Below, one piece after another: positions 40,817-53,025 of a stretch of DNA of 64,000 nt. Origin of the DNA: Octopus sinensis (taxonomy: Eukaryota); NCBI RefSeq assembly GCF_006345805.1, contig NC_042999.1, positions 18,786,001 through 18,850,000 of the forward strand, written 5' to 3'. The position numbers and the translations under genes were made by a program. Below the pieces are notes generated by a model that had not been told where the DNA came from, searched no databases, and worked only from the letters and a program-made list of their open reading frames with translations. Position 1 is the stretch's first letter. Each line of letters begins with the position of its first letter.

Positions 40817-41361
40817 GCCCTGATGCAGTATCAGACAGTGGCTTCTGATCTTAACTGATTGGAAGTGTTATTATGTACGTTGTTTTGTAATGGTATAAAT
40901 GATGGGCTGCAGCAAATATTCTGCTCAGTATCACAGATTTGCTTGTCAGTCGTTTGACCTTAACCAGATGAGCATGTCCCTTAGTGGCTGACGATATGTG
41001 CATCTCTGATCAGGAGCAGAAGTAGTGGGGGAGCATCATAGCCATGTGTTGAGAGGGATTCTTTGGGGTTTGAATAATTCACCTCTGGAAACATGGGGGT
41101 TTCGTTCAACATCCTTAAACAACCCTTATTCACGGACCTTTTCAGTGGGATAGGCTACTCGACCTGAAGAAAATCCTAACTGAGCCCCACCTGCAAGGTC
41201 ACGTGCTATTTATCTTGATTTGAGATCACCATGTCGCACACATATGGTTGTGATGCATGTGCCTAGTGTACCCTTATCAGATGGGTAGTCATGATGGGTA
41301 TACTGGGCTTCGTATATTTTACCCCAGTGTCAATTTGATGGCATGCACTGCTCTCTCACTC
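40812..41361. mobile_element. Second full copy of the 555-bp (AAT)n-flanked repeat
   Basis: Colinear with 37297-37856; preceded by (GAT)n(AAT)n at 40638-40812. Confidence 0.9.
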
Positions 41362-41367
41362 AATAAT

Positions 41368-41585
41368 ATGTGTCAATTAAGGGAGTCGAACATAAAGGTT
41401 GTCCCTGTTGACATTGGAACATTGGGTTCAATGCCACCCAAGCTGAAGTACTATCTGCAAACTTTAGAAATACCCTACGATCTAGGTGAATTGCAAAAAC
41501 ATCAGCATCACTTTGAACTGCACGCATATTGCGTAAATATTGTCTGTGATTTGACATATTGTACAATCCATGTTACGTAAAATTC
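41368..41585 (+). mobile_element. Extreme 3' fragment of an R4/Dong-like element
   Basis: QLRESNIKVVPVDIGTLGSMPPKLKYYLQTLEIPYDLGELQK, matching the KVIPIVIGAL.. end of the 38022 element. Confidence 0.75.
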
Positions 41586-42422
41586 CTTCAATTAACAACA
41601 TCGCGACATTGGATACTGAGGAAATAAGAACTCATCCAAGATTGCCTTTCCACACCTACATCACGTGAAGTTAAAAAAAGTACATCTCTTTGTAGCAACA
41701 TTTTCCTTATATATGCATACACACACACACGTATATACATACCTACACACACACAAACACACGCACATTCACCCACACAAAAACACATACACGCAAAAAC
41801 ATACACACACACACAACACACACATGCATACGTATGAATTTTATATATGTATACATGCGTGTGAATATATATAAGCACACACATACTCGCACAAACATAC
41901 ACACACATAAATGCACACATACGCACACATAATCATATGCACACGTATTAAATATATATATAGGTATATAAACGTGTGAATATGTATATAAGTATATATT
42001 ATACCCACACACACATACACATACACACGCACATAAAATATATGTATATATATATTTATGTATATTTACATGCGAATATATATAGGTGTATATTATACGC
42101 ACACACACATACACACGCACTCTCTCTCACTCACACAGATATAAGTATAGAATTAACCGCGTTAACGTTTTCATTAGCTCTTCTAATTTACATATATCCT
42201 GTAGGTCAATCACAAACATTTCCTGATTTAATACAAAACAAAATTCAAATGGTTGCACTCAGTTGAAACTAGTGACATTATGTTAACAGTGTGACGTTGA
42301 CTACTTCTTACAGAATTTTAATAAACTGCTTATCATGTTATCAACATCGATTTCACTATATTAGCTATACAGTAAGAATGGCTGAGTGTAAATTACTTAA
42401 GATCGTAAGTACCGTATAAATA

Positions 42423-42994
42423 TTGGGTTGTCCGGAAAGTTCGTGCCGATTTTTAAAGGAAAGAAAATGTTCAATAAATACTTGCCATTACATTTTTAAT
42501 CAACCAAATATGAAACATTAACATTTTGTTTCACAATGCGCCTCCATCTGTCCTTTAACTTGAAAATACCCTCTTCCCAGAATTGAGGTGGTTTCATGGC
42601 AAAGAATTTATCAAGGTATCTTTTTACGTCATCCAAGGAAGGGAAATCTTTACCAATAAGACTATTCTACAGAGACCTGAATAAGTGGAAATTTGAAGGA
42701 GCAATATCTGGTGAACATGGAGGGTGGGGTAACACAACCCAGCCGAGCTGCTGCAATTTTTGTCTCGTTCCCAATGCATCTATTGACGAAAATGAACTTT
42801 CTTATCTTCCATTTTAAAGGTTTACAGAATTAACACAGGTTATATGAATATAAACCTTCTTCCAGGAAAAGATAGCTTAAACTGTGCTCTAAATGGAAGT
42901 GTAGTCAAATCCTATTTTCTGGACTCAAACATGTTCTAAAATAAGTCGAAATATAAGCTACTATAAATCGGCACGAACTTTCCAGACAACCCAA
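42423..42994 (-). mobile_element. Internally deleted mariner with both TIRs and TA TSD
   Basis: 30-bp TIRs ttgggttgtccggaaagttcgtgccgattt / aaatcggcacgaactttccagacaacccaa (1 mismatch), TA on both sides. Minus strand gives TRQKLQQLGWVVLPHPPCSPDIAPSNFHLFRSL (YSPDLAP motif). Confidence 0.95.
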
Positions 42995-43879
42995 TACATA
43001 GCTTTGGGCAGGCTTCGTCTCCCAAAGCCTCTCGCCAAAAACATTGTGAATAAAAATTGTTTGCTCAAAATTGTGTGGAAGTAATTCAGAAAGCTGTTGA
43101 CTCTAAGTATAACTTTAGATTGTAGTCTGGTTTCACACATTGAGAAAGGCAGTGTGTGCATCAAAGACATTACCTACGCTGCAAACGAACGGTGGGGCGA
43201 AGACTTACGCTCTTCTTTACGCAGTTGTGAAGGCTTTAATAAAGGGTAATAATATATACTATACAAATTATTTCGTCTACTTATTCCTTTTTTTATACTT
43301 TTATATTAAATCCCAATGGTTGTGGCCATGCTTGATCACCGTTATCATATCAATATCAGATTTGATATTTGCGAGGGAACGATTCTTTTAGTGCATTATA
43401 ATACGAACTGTTGGAAAATAATTACAAAGAAAACTCGACAATGGAAAATGTAGTCTGTTGGGGCACCGAATTTATTTGTATTTTCTCACAAATTAAAATG
43501 TTATTAGGAAATATACGTTTTCCGTTGTTATCGTTTCAGTTTTAATTTTGCATCATGGAAGAGCGAGTTTCTCAATATAATTATCGCTAGAGCAATGAAC
43601 AATGAGCAAAATATGCAGCCAGTGATAATTTTGTGAGGGAAGATCGTTTCAAGAATGAGAAAATATAAGCACGTTTATTTATATATCAGTCTTTTTCTCT
43701 GTAACTGCATTAAGTTGGGGAATAAAGCAATTCTCTTTATACATACAAACATGACTCAGTTTTCCGTCGGAGACGATGCATGATTGTACAGCTTTTTGTA
43801 GTATGACATCTAGAGATGATTTGCTTACAGTAATTAAATGTTAGTGGTGTATATTATCTCATACCCTTCTTAAAACCAA

Positions 43880-44020
43880 GGTTGCCGGAAAAGTGCACAG
43901 TGTACCACGAGTCAGGCGCCGAAGTGATAGCATAGCAACGTGAGATGAAGTGTATTGCTGAATAACACAACCACCACCCGATCTAGGAACTGACGCCATG
44001 ACCTCGCGCTCCCTACTCAC
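43880..44020 (-). mobile_element. Degenerate copy of the 5706-type SINE
   Basis: caacgtgagatgaagtgtattgctgaataacacaa is the reverse complement of the CORE-like motif. Confidence 0.6.
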
Positions 44021-44037
44021 TTGTTCATAGGCCCACA

Positions 44038-44077
<40 letters not shown>

Positions 44078-44089
<12 letters not shown>

Positions 44090-44310
44090 AGAGTTTACGA
44101 AAAAAACAAAAGACGAAGACAGGTGGTTTACAAAACAAACAGATATATTGGTATAACGCTGAGGAATAGAAAAAGTCTTTTACGTTTGGAGCCTACGCTC
44201 CTCTACAGAAAGGGGCACAGAAAAAACAAGGAGAGAAAAAAAGGAGAGAAAAAAATGTGTGTAGTGGTTAACGATCTATATCCTCTCAACACATTTATTG
44301 GGTGCTTCAT
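44078..44310 (-). mobile_element. Penelope-terminus-like short repeat (family 3) with a degenerate hammerhead-like motif at 44177-44212
   Basis: The minus strand reads cttt-CTGTAGA-g-gagc-gtag-gctc-CAAAC-GTA-aaag; homologous to 52215-52345; abuts (TA)n. Confidence 0.7.
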
Positions 44311-44495
44311 GTATGGATCTAAACAGTTTGACACACATATTCTTATATTGTTATATTTCGGGATGGTCTTTGCTTGCCAAAATTTCTAGCAACCCTTGAA
44401 TCTATTTCCTCTCTATGATCATACTGCTCCTGATCAAAATCTCTGATAGTGCAAGTGTGTACAATGCAAGAAACAAAATGACCATCCCAAAATAG

Positions 44496-44539
<44 letters not shown>

Positions 44540-46450
44540 TTATAATTCACCGTCGCATTGCAAGGAATTGGAGTCAAGGAGCCCTCAGACTCCTATTGTT
44601 ACTGCACCCTTGGTCACATTTAGTGACGGTGAATTATTTCCTTTTACATTTTCAATTACTTCCAGCCACCTTCATTATTTATATGTATATGCATATAAAA
44701 ATTCAAAACGGTCGTTAACATTAATATCACATATTCAGTGTCAAAATGTGGTCCGAAATAAAACTTTATATACTTTTATTATATTTCTCTAAAATATTTC
44801 ATGTTAATATTCAATCTGCTGTATTATTCAAAATCAAGCTTATTGCTTATAAAAATTCAAAATATATATATAGGTACATTTAGTATTTTATCGAACCGAT
44901 AAGTATATTTGCTATATTTTTGGAAGGCTAGTAGAATTACCATATAGGAGTTCTAGTCAACTATTGATTCTCGAATCAGCACATTTATCAAACACGGCTA
45001 TGTAATACATTGTACGAACACAGCAGCTGAAACTGCGATTGGAAATCTCGAGTGAAGTCGTTTATTTCAATTCCAAATTGAAATCATCAAAGGTTACCAA
45101 AAGCAAAGTAACAAACAGTTTCCAGCAGTAATCTCGCCATATAATTTTAAATTCTTCTCAACTAATATTCAATAGATGCGACTATAGCACTCCGCTCAGC
45201 TTATGTCTAACTGTGATGTATCATAAGTTTACATAACTCAATGGAATCGCAGTCGGTAACAGTGAAACAAACAGCTTCCTGAATAAATTAATCAAATATA
45301 TTTCAATAGTGTTAGACGGCATGAGATCTATAAATCAATACTCAGTATATTTCAATCTGGTTAAACGTTACGGATTAAACGTTCTCAATAAAATATTTGT
45401 TATGAAAGCGAAATATACAGCAATACGTATTTCTTCATTTCGTTCTGGCTTACCAGTCTCATATGAATTGTATTTTAGAATTAAGAATTGTTCACCAAAA
45501 CAACCTTGGAACCTAACAATCTGTAACTGTAATTCAAAAGACCAGCCTTGTCGTGCTGTTTGTCACGTCGGTTCTGCCTGAGGATGAATTAAAACTAAGA
45601 GATTCTGGAAATTATTACATGATGTCAGACTGTTATTTGACGATGAAAACGTTACTCTTCTAAGCAGGTCTGATGAAGATGTAGAAAACGTAAACATCTT
45701 TTCGGTGTAAAACTATAAGTACTTTGGTAGTAAAACACTACTTTAAGCGTGATTCAAACAACTATGATATTAGATAAATCATTTGTAATCTATTTGATAA
45801 ATCTATAAAGTGTACTTCAGTCACTTGACATCGAAATATGCCTGACTGGAGACGACATTTGATGTTTGTACATCGCTCTATGTTAAACACGACTAGCATG
45901 AAGCTTCATGCAAACAAGATACAGAGGAGGCGATTGATACGTGGCAAAGCTACTTCATTGAGACAAAACAAACTGTATGAACCAGAAGCAAGAGGAGAAA
46001 GTCCAAGTGACGGAAAGAAAGAGGAAAACATTTGTTGCTATACATACGTACATCCCCGCCACCCATACACACACGCACATGTTTGGACGTGCTTCTATTT
46101 ATCTATTTATCAATGCATGTGTGTATACCAATGCCTATGTTAGAATTCATGTAAAATTAAAAGACAAATAACTGTTGTAAGTTTCTAAAGGGATAACGTC
46201 GGACTGTTTCCGCACACTTATAGTAGTTTAACCTGGGGGTGAATATAAAAAGGAATATACTAGAGATCTCCTGTTGAACTACAGAGAACTGGTAAAACGG
46301 AAAAGGTATGTACAATGTGTCCAAGACTGTTGTATGTGCAATATAGTGAAAGAGGAAAATAAAAATGCCCGATTCATAGAGAGATGAAAGTAGAATTTAA
46401 GCTTGTTGTATGTGCGAAAGTGTGCCTACGTTTGTGTGTACATGTATATA

Positions 46451-46681
46451 TTTCTTTACTACCCATAAGGGTCTAAACACAGAGGGGACAAACAAGGACA
46501 GACAAAGGGATGAAGTCGATTACATCGACCCCACTGTGTACCTGGTACATAATTTATCGACACCAAAATGATGAAAGGCAAAATCGACCTCGGCGGAATT
46601 TGAACTCGGAACGTAATGGCAGACGAAATACGGCTACGCATTTCGCCCGGCGTGCTAAAGTGTCTATCATTTCGCTGCCTT
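46451..46681 (-). mobile_element. Octopus-type SINE (head-body-tail B)
   Basis: Reverse complement of the 5439 copy. Confidence 0.9.
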
Positions 46682-47021
46682 CGTGTGTACATGTATATGC
46701 TTATTGATAGCTATACGTTTGTGTCGTTAATTTCAGATGTATATTGAACATATACTTTCACTATACATACTTAAAGTAAGTGTGGTGTCTAATCAGAAGC
46801 ATGATGCCACTGTTGAGTTGCTGAGCAAGGACATCCACAGTCCATTTACAGAGTTCACAACACTCAGGAGACGGACATTCACAGTTAAAGGAATATATTC
46901 AGAAGTCTGGTATTGAATAAAAACAACGCAGTGGGTGACCACCAACCACTGCAACTGTTTCGAAACCATATCGAATGAATGATTCGTGCATACAGAAAGT
47001 CACAATCAAGAATATGCTTTA

Positions 47022-47410
47022 TCACTATATATATAAAGCCGAAGTTGTCTGTGTATGGCAGCGTTGGTAGCCTTCAACTAACACTATCTCCGAGACCCTG
47101 CGGCACAAGTTGACCAAAATTGAGAGTATGATAGAAGAAGGCTTGCTCTTCCTTCCGTAGAAGAAAAAATTCAAATCGGACCATGTTAAGACCAAAAATT
47201 ATTTATATCAAAAAGGTGCTTTATTTCTGTGAAAATCCCTATTTTTTATGATTTTTTGACTGCTGTGTCGCCAATTATCAGTGTATTTCAACCAGAAAAA
47301 TGTTCACTTAAAGAGAATAACAAGCTACATAATGCAAAATTTTTACTTTTCAAAAATTCCAATTCTAAAGGGTCGAAACAAACCCGAGCAACGTCGGGCG
47401 ATACTTCTAG
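47022..47410 (+). mobile_element. Non-autonomous Helitron
   Basis: Starts with TC after A (47021); 3' hairpin cccga-gcaacg-tcggg about 8 nt before the terminal CTAG, followed by T; no TSD. Confidence 0.85.
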
Positions 47411-48299
47411 TATAGTTTTATTAAATTATCAGTATAACTATAATTACTATGCATTAGAGATGACGCAAGAACGTGGGTAAGGAAAATTACATTCATCGTT
47501 GATACATCAGCAGCTGACATATGATTTGAAAAAGAAGTGTTGTCTGCTCTGGATTTTAGAAATATTTTAAAACAATGTAGACATAAGTTTCCGGTCTCAT
47601 GACAATGGACTTAATGTGGAAACATCGTTTTTGTTTAACAAAGATTCATTTGGTAAAATAGCGTCACATCTCATTTTCTAGCTTTAACAATTTCAAGTGC
47701 TAGTGATCACCAAATAATGATTTGGTTACTGATTTGTAGGTTGACAACGGCTTTGATTACCTAGATTTTCTGGAACGTGGCTATACATAATGAAGACATT
47801 GGAAATAAATGGTGAAGCAAGAATAAAAGAGATTGTCGACATTCATAATAGAAATATGACCACACAGGTCTTTCTCAAGGAAACATACAATCGGATAATC
47901 GGGCTGGTCAGAAGTGCCCATTCACCGTACAGTTAATATAGGGCACCTACAGATATCCAACTGTTTGGATCAAAGCAGGATAGTTTTCAAGGAACGCATT
48001 TGAAGGTAGAAAGAGTGCGGAACTGGTTTTAAAGAAATCGGTACAGCGCCCTCTAAATATTTTCAAAGAATATTCAAAAGTCGCTTACTACGATGGTGCA
48101 AATGTGTCATTTCGGATTTATTGCCTATGTGTAGAAGAGCCAGTTTGCCAGTATATTTAATTCGAGACAATCTATATTATTCAATAACAGGCTCATTTTT
48201 TGCAGCACCTTTCATAAAATACTCATATTTAATATATTTATACGTGTAATGCAAATGACGCTAATGTTTACGGGTAAAATCACGCTGGACAAAATCTAA

Positions 48300-48560
48300 T
48301 CTCGGTTCTATATTTAAGAGATGAGGAATTATGTACATTATTTACATTAGTTACAATTGATGGATATTTGTCCTCATCTTGTTTGTTGTTTACACGACGT
48401 TTCATCTGATATACTCTCCAGCATTCTTCAGGCATCTTGGAGAACTTTCGAACCTGGTTTCTCATTCCTAAGTTATTTTTCGATTTTATATTATTAGAAT
48501 TATTATTGCTGTTGTTCAAGTCACTGCTTGGAATCGAACTCGAAATCCTGGGGTTAGTAG
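48300..48560 (-). mobile_element. tRNA-headed hammerhead-bearing short element (family 1), head truncated
   Basis: Reverse-complement homolog of 48561-48825; motif reads CTGAAGA-a-tgctg..cagat-GAAAC-GTC-gtgt. Confidence 0.8.
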
Positions 48561-48825
48561 CATATGGCGTAGTGTTTAAGAGCGCAGGCTACTAACCCAA
48601 CATTTCGAGTTTGATTCCAAGCAGTGACCTGAACAATAACAATAATAATAATACTAATAATAATAACATCGAAAAATACGTTAGGAATGAGAACCCAGGT
48701 TTGAAATTTCTCCAAGACACCTGAAGAAGGCTGGGGCGTATATCAGCCGAAACATTGTGTTAACAACAAACTAGATGAGGACAAATATCCGTCAAATTTA
48801 AATAACGTAAATAATGTAAATAAAA
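48561..48825 (+). mobile_element. tRNA-headed hammerhead-bearing short element (family 1)
   Basis: Box A tggcgtagtgtttaag, box B gagtttgattcca, (AAT)n linker, then gacac-CTGAAGA-a-ggctg..cagcc-GAAAC-ATT-gtgtt at 48716-48761. Confidence 0.8.
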
Positions 48826-49379
48826 TCTAATCATCTAATCTCGTTGAAAATTCAAATGAAGTGAATTATAAAACAAGTTTCGGCAATTTAACGTTCTTCT
48901 CTTATTGTAGATCTAATAATAAAAATGCATTCTCTATGATGATATTAGGCCTTTCCAAACGATAAATAATATATAACGGTTAGACGACTACACATAACAG
49001 AAAGATATCCTGCATGAATATATCATTATAACTAGCTAAAACACACACATATATCGTTACTTTGATTTTCTTTACATTTCCGATAGTTTCGCCATATTTC
49101 ATTCGTTCTCCTACTCCACTTACGTAAACCGATAGCACAGAATAATATCAATCACCAAACTGTACTTATATGAGTAAATATAAATAAGAAATTAATGAGA
49201 ATGTCAGCTAGCAGAAAAACAAAATTCAACGTAAATGTAAACGTCAGATTTAAATGAACATGATGACACATCCCGGTTATCTTTCGTTTCGTGTAACATA
49301 ATGAGAGACTTTGGCACAAAGGCGTTCGCAGATTTAATGTCGATAATAATTTGAAAGGAAAAGATCTCTAGGAAATCTC

Positions 49380-49860
<481 letters not shown>

Positions 49861-50344
49861 AATAATTATATAGAGGATGATATTATAAAAATACCATCAC
49901 GAGTGGTAAGCGAATTATCAGCCGTACAGGCAAATTAATAAAATATATACATACAATATTAGATATGTACGTATATACACAAATGTACTACATTAGTACC
50001 TATATCGCTAAAAAATAAAAGCTGAAAAATACTTCTATACCACCAAATACTCACATATATATATGTATGTAACAGTGTGTGTGTTTATATATGTATGTAT
50101 ATATGTATGTATTATGTATGTATATTTGTATGTATGTATGTATGCATGTATGTATGCATCTATGTGTGTTACTGTGTGATAAACTGAGTATGGTTTTGCC
50201 ACCATGTATAATATCAGGAAATGTAGCATACATATAATTTAACTTTCAATATATTTCCTGGTTCTTATACAAAGTGATTGACTGACAACTACTTCCCAAA
50301 TCTAAAACCATATATTGCATGAAAATAAAATTAGATTACACACT

Positions 50345-50642
50345 ACAGTTTTATATTTAAGAGATGAGGAATTATGTACAGTATTTACATTATTTACATT
50401 CGACGGATATTTGTCCTCATCTTGTTTGTTGTTAGCACAACGTTTCGGCTGATATACCCTCCAGCCTTCATCAGGTGTCTTGGAAGAAATTATTTCGAAC
50501 CTGGGTTCTCATTCCTCAGGTATTCTTCGATGTTATTATAATAATAATAATTATTATTATTATTGTTCAGGTCACTGCTTGGAATCAAACTGCGAATCTT
50601 GGGGTTAGTAGCCCGCGCTCTTAACCATTACGCCATATGCCC
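50345..50642 (-). mobile_element. tRNA-headed hammerhead-bearing short element (family 1), best-preserved copy
   Basis: Minus strand: ggcatatggcgtaatggttaagagcgcgggctactaacccc..gtttgattcca, (AAT)n, then the hammerhead-like core. Confidence 0.85.
50434..50479 (-). ncRNA. Minimal type-I hammerhead-ribozyme-like motif with canonical CUGAUGA
   Basis: gacac-CTGATGA-a-ggctg-gagggtatat-cagcc-GAAAC-GTT-gtgct: stem I cac/gtg, stem II ggctg/cagcc, palindromic AACGTT. Confidence 0.7.
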
Positions 50643-50665
50643 GTGGGCAATTATAGATTGAATTT

Positions 50666-50750
50666 TAGCCGAAACGTTGTGATAACAACAAACAAGATGA
50701 GGACAAATACCCGTCGAATGTAAATAACGTAAATAATGTAAATAATATAG
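50666..50750 (+). mobile_element. 3' fragment of the family-1 element
   Basis: agccgaaacgttgtgataacaacaaacaagatgaggacaaata matches the 3' part of 48561-48825. Confidence 0.8.
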
Positions 50751-51040
50751 ATTAAATACGCTTCTCAATCCTATAACTAGCGCCATATCTACTTTACTGT
50801 CTCTCCTCCCGTGTCTTAATGATTCTTTCTCTGTTTGTTGCTTACACTCCATTCCTCTTTGTAGGCGTCCTTTACTCATTGCCTGCCAACAAGCCGAATA
50901 TGTTCACTCAGCCGACACCACCTCTCTTAACTCTCCCTGTATCTCTCTAATAATCGTTTTCCCCCTCTCTCTTTCCCTCTCTGTGTGTATGCGTGTGTGT
51001 GTATGCATGTATGTATGCATATATGTATATATATATATTA

Positions 51041-51123
51041 CGTGGACGTAAACACACCACCATCGGTTGTCAAGCGATGTTGGTGGGGGACAAACACAGA
51101 CACACAAAAATATATACACACAC

Positions 51124-51165
<42 letters not shown>

Positions 51166-51290
51166 GACGCGTTTCTTTCAGTTTGCATCTACCAAATCCA
51201 TTGGAAAGGGTTTGGTCAACCCGATGCTATAGTAGACACTTGCCCATGTGGTTGATAAGCAAGCTACTTACCCGTTTACCACGGAGCTAT
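51041..51290 (-). mobile_element. tRNA-derived SINE with internal (TA)n and a deletion
   Basis: gacgtaaacacacc..tcggttgtcaagcgat..gggggacaaacacagacac, then tttctttcagttt..ctatagtagacacttgccca..aagcaagctactt. Confidence 0.65.
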
Positions 51291-51428
51291 GTATATATAT
51301 ATGAAAGACATTTTGAAAATCCAATTTTATAGATGTTGGTTGTATTTGCTTCTAACTATTGTGATGTAATTCACAAACAGTGATGAGATAGAACTTGTGC
51401 CAGGGTTGCTAGTTGCTGTGTACGTAGG

Positions 51429-51616
51429 GAGATGTTATTGACGTTAAGAAGATGGAGGCAACGAAGTAAGAGTTTGCCGTATGCTGTTGGACGGGTGTTG
51501 ATGCGTCTCCATGTTGCTGCTGTTGTGTCGTCATTGGAACTGGCCGTGTCCTGTGTGGTCAGTGTCTAGACCCCAAATCTTCTTAACCTCCATCTTCTTA
51601 ACTTCAACAACATCTC
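51429..51616. mobile_element. MITE-like element with about 30-bp inverted termini
   Basis: gagatgttattgacgttaagaagatggagg / cctccatcttcttaacttcaacaacatctc (2 mismatches). Confidence 0.65.
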
Positions 51617-51657
51617 TCTCTCTCTATCTCTCTCTCTCTCTCTCTCCACACACACAT

Positions 51658-51718
<61 letters not shown>

Positions 51719-52214
51719 TATATATATATCAAAGATGAAAAGCTGACTGGAATATAACCCAATCAACCGAAATCAGTATCGATTTTTACAACAATAGAAT
51801 ATTATAGGTCATATGACTGTTAACATTGTACGTATACTTTTCTTACCATATCACAAGTAATATCAAGAAAAATGACATAAATAGAATAACTATCATGTAA
51901 ATAATATAAAATCTTGCAGTGCTTTTATAATACGAGAAAATGAATGTTAACTTTTAAAAGGAAAATACACACTCCTCTATCCACACTCCTCTAATCCTGA
52001 AACCACGGCCCCAGGGTTTCACTACCGGATATAGGTTAGAGCCATACCCAGGAGCTGGGAAATGAATCGAATGCCTGGTGTGTGTTCTGTTGTGGCTACT
52101 CCCCCCCTATGCGGAATGGACCTTGGTAAATTATATATGTATGTGTGTGTGCATATGGGCATGTATATATATGTGTGTGAGTGTGTGAATGTGTGTGTGT
52201 GTATTTGTGTGTGT

Positions 52215-52345
52215 GTGTGCTCCTTTCTGTGGAAGAGCGTAGGATCGAAACGTTAAAGACTTTTTCACTTCCCAAGCGTTATACTATTACATCTGTTTGT
52301 TGTCTACACCACCTGTCTTCGTCTTTTTTGTGAATCGTCCCCCCA
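52215..52345 (+). mobile_element. Family-3 short repeat with a hammerhead-like motif at 52223-52258
   Basis: cttt-CTGTGGA-a-gagc-gtag-gatc-GAAAC-GTT-aaag. Confidence 0.7.
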
Positions 52346-52624
52346 TATGTATATGTGGGTATGTGTGTGTGTGTGTGTTTGTCTTCTTTAAAGTAATAAA
52401 TGTTTCATTTATATACCCCCTACTGCAATTACTCTGGCCTTTGCATCTTCCCCTTCATTTTCAATATTCCAATGAATTTAATCTGCCATTGTATGTATCT
52501 AGGTTTACTTTATTCATTGCCATACAACGATTATGATATGTGCACTAAAACTGTACAACTGATAGTATTTATTGTAGCAAATATTTCTTGCACATTAAAT
52601 GAAATATCGCTTTCAAATGTTGGT

Positions 52625-53025
52625 ACAAGGCCAGAGGTTTTGGCGTTCAAATACTACTTATCTCATCGACCTCGAAAAGATGAAAGGGAAAAACCGACTT
52701 CAGGGGAGGATGAATTAAAAATTTGAAAACGGACGAAATAATGCTAAGCATTTTGCCCGTCGTCCTAACGAGTATTCCTGTTCGCCGCACTTCATACTAA
52801 GTAAAATACTGATTTTAAATTTTGGCACAAGGCCGGCAATTCCGGGCACCGGGTAAGTCGATTGCATTGACAAAGTGGTCAACTGAAACTTACTTAATTG
52901 AGGTGAAAGGATGAAAAGGAAATTCGACCTCGGCAGAATTTGAACTCAGAAGAAAAGGACGTAAAAAATGCCGGTAATTATTTCGCCCGGTGTACAAAGG
53001 ATTCTACTAGCTCACCACCTTTAAT
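52625..53025 (-). mobile_element. Two old octopus-type SINE copies in tandem (52625-52792, 52815-53025)
   Basis: Degenerate atcgacc..gatgaaagg..cgacctcggcagaatttgaactcag. Confidence 0.7.

Noticed and set aside
45668-45715. CTGATGA followed by an agatg/catct stem as a hammerhead
   Set aside because: No GAAA follows stem II and there is no cleavage triplet or stem I.
48561-48640. Functional tRNA gene (also considered at 5706 and 50560-50642)
   Set aside because: Box A/B and an anticodon-like arm are present, but there is no acceptor-stem pairing; these are SINE heads.
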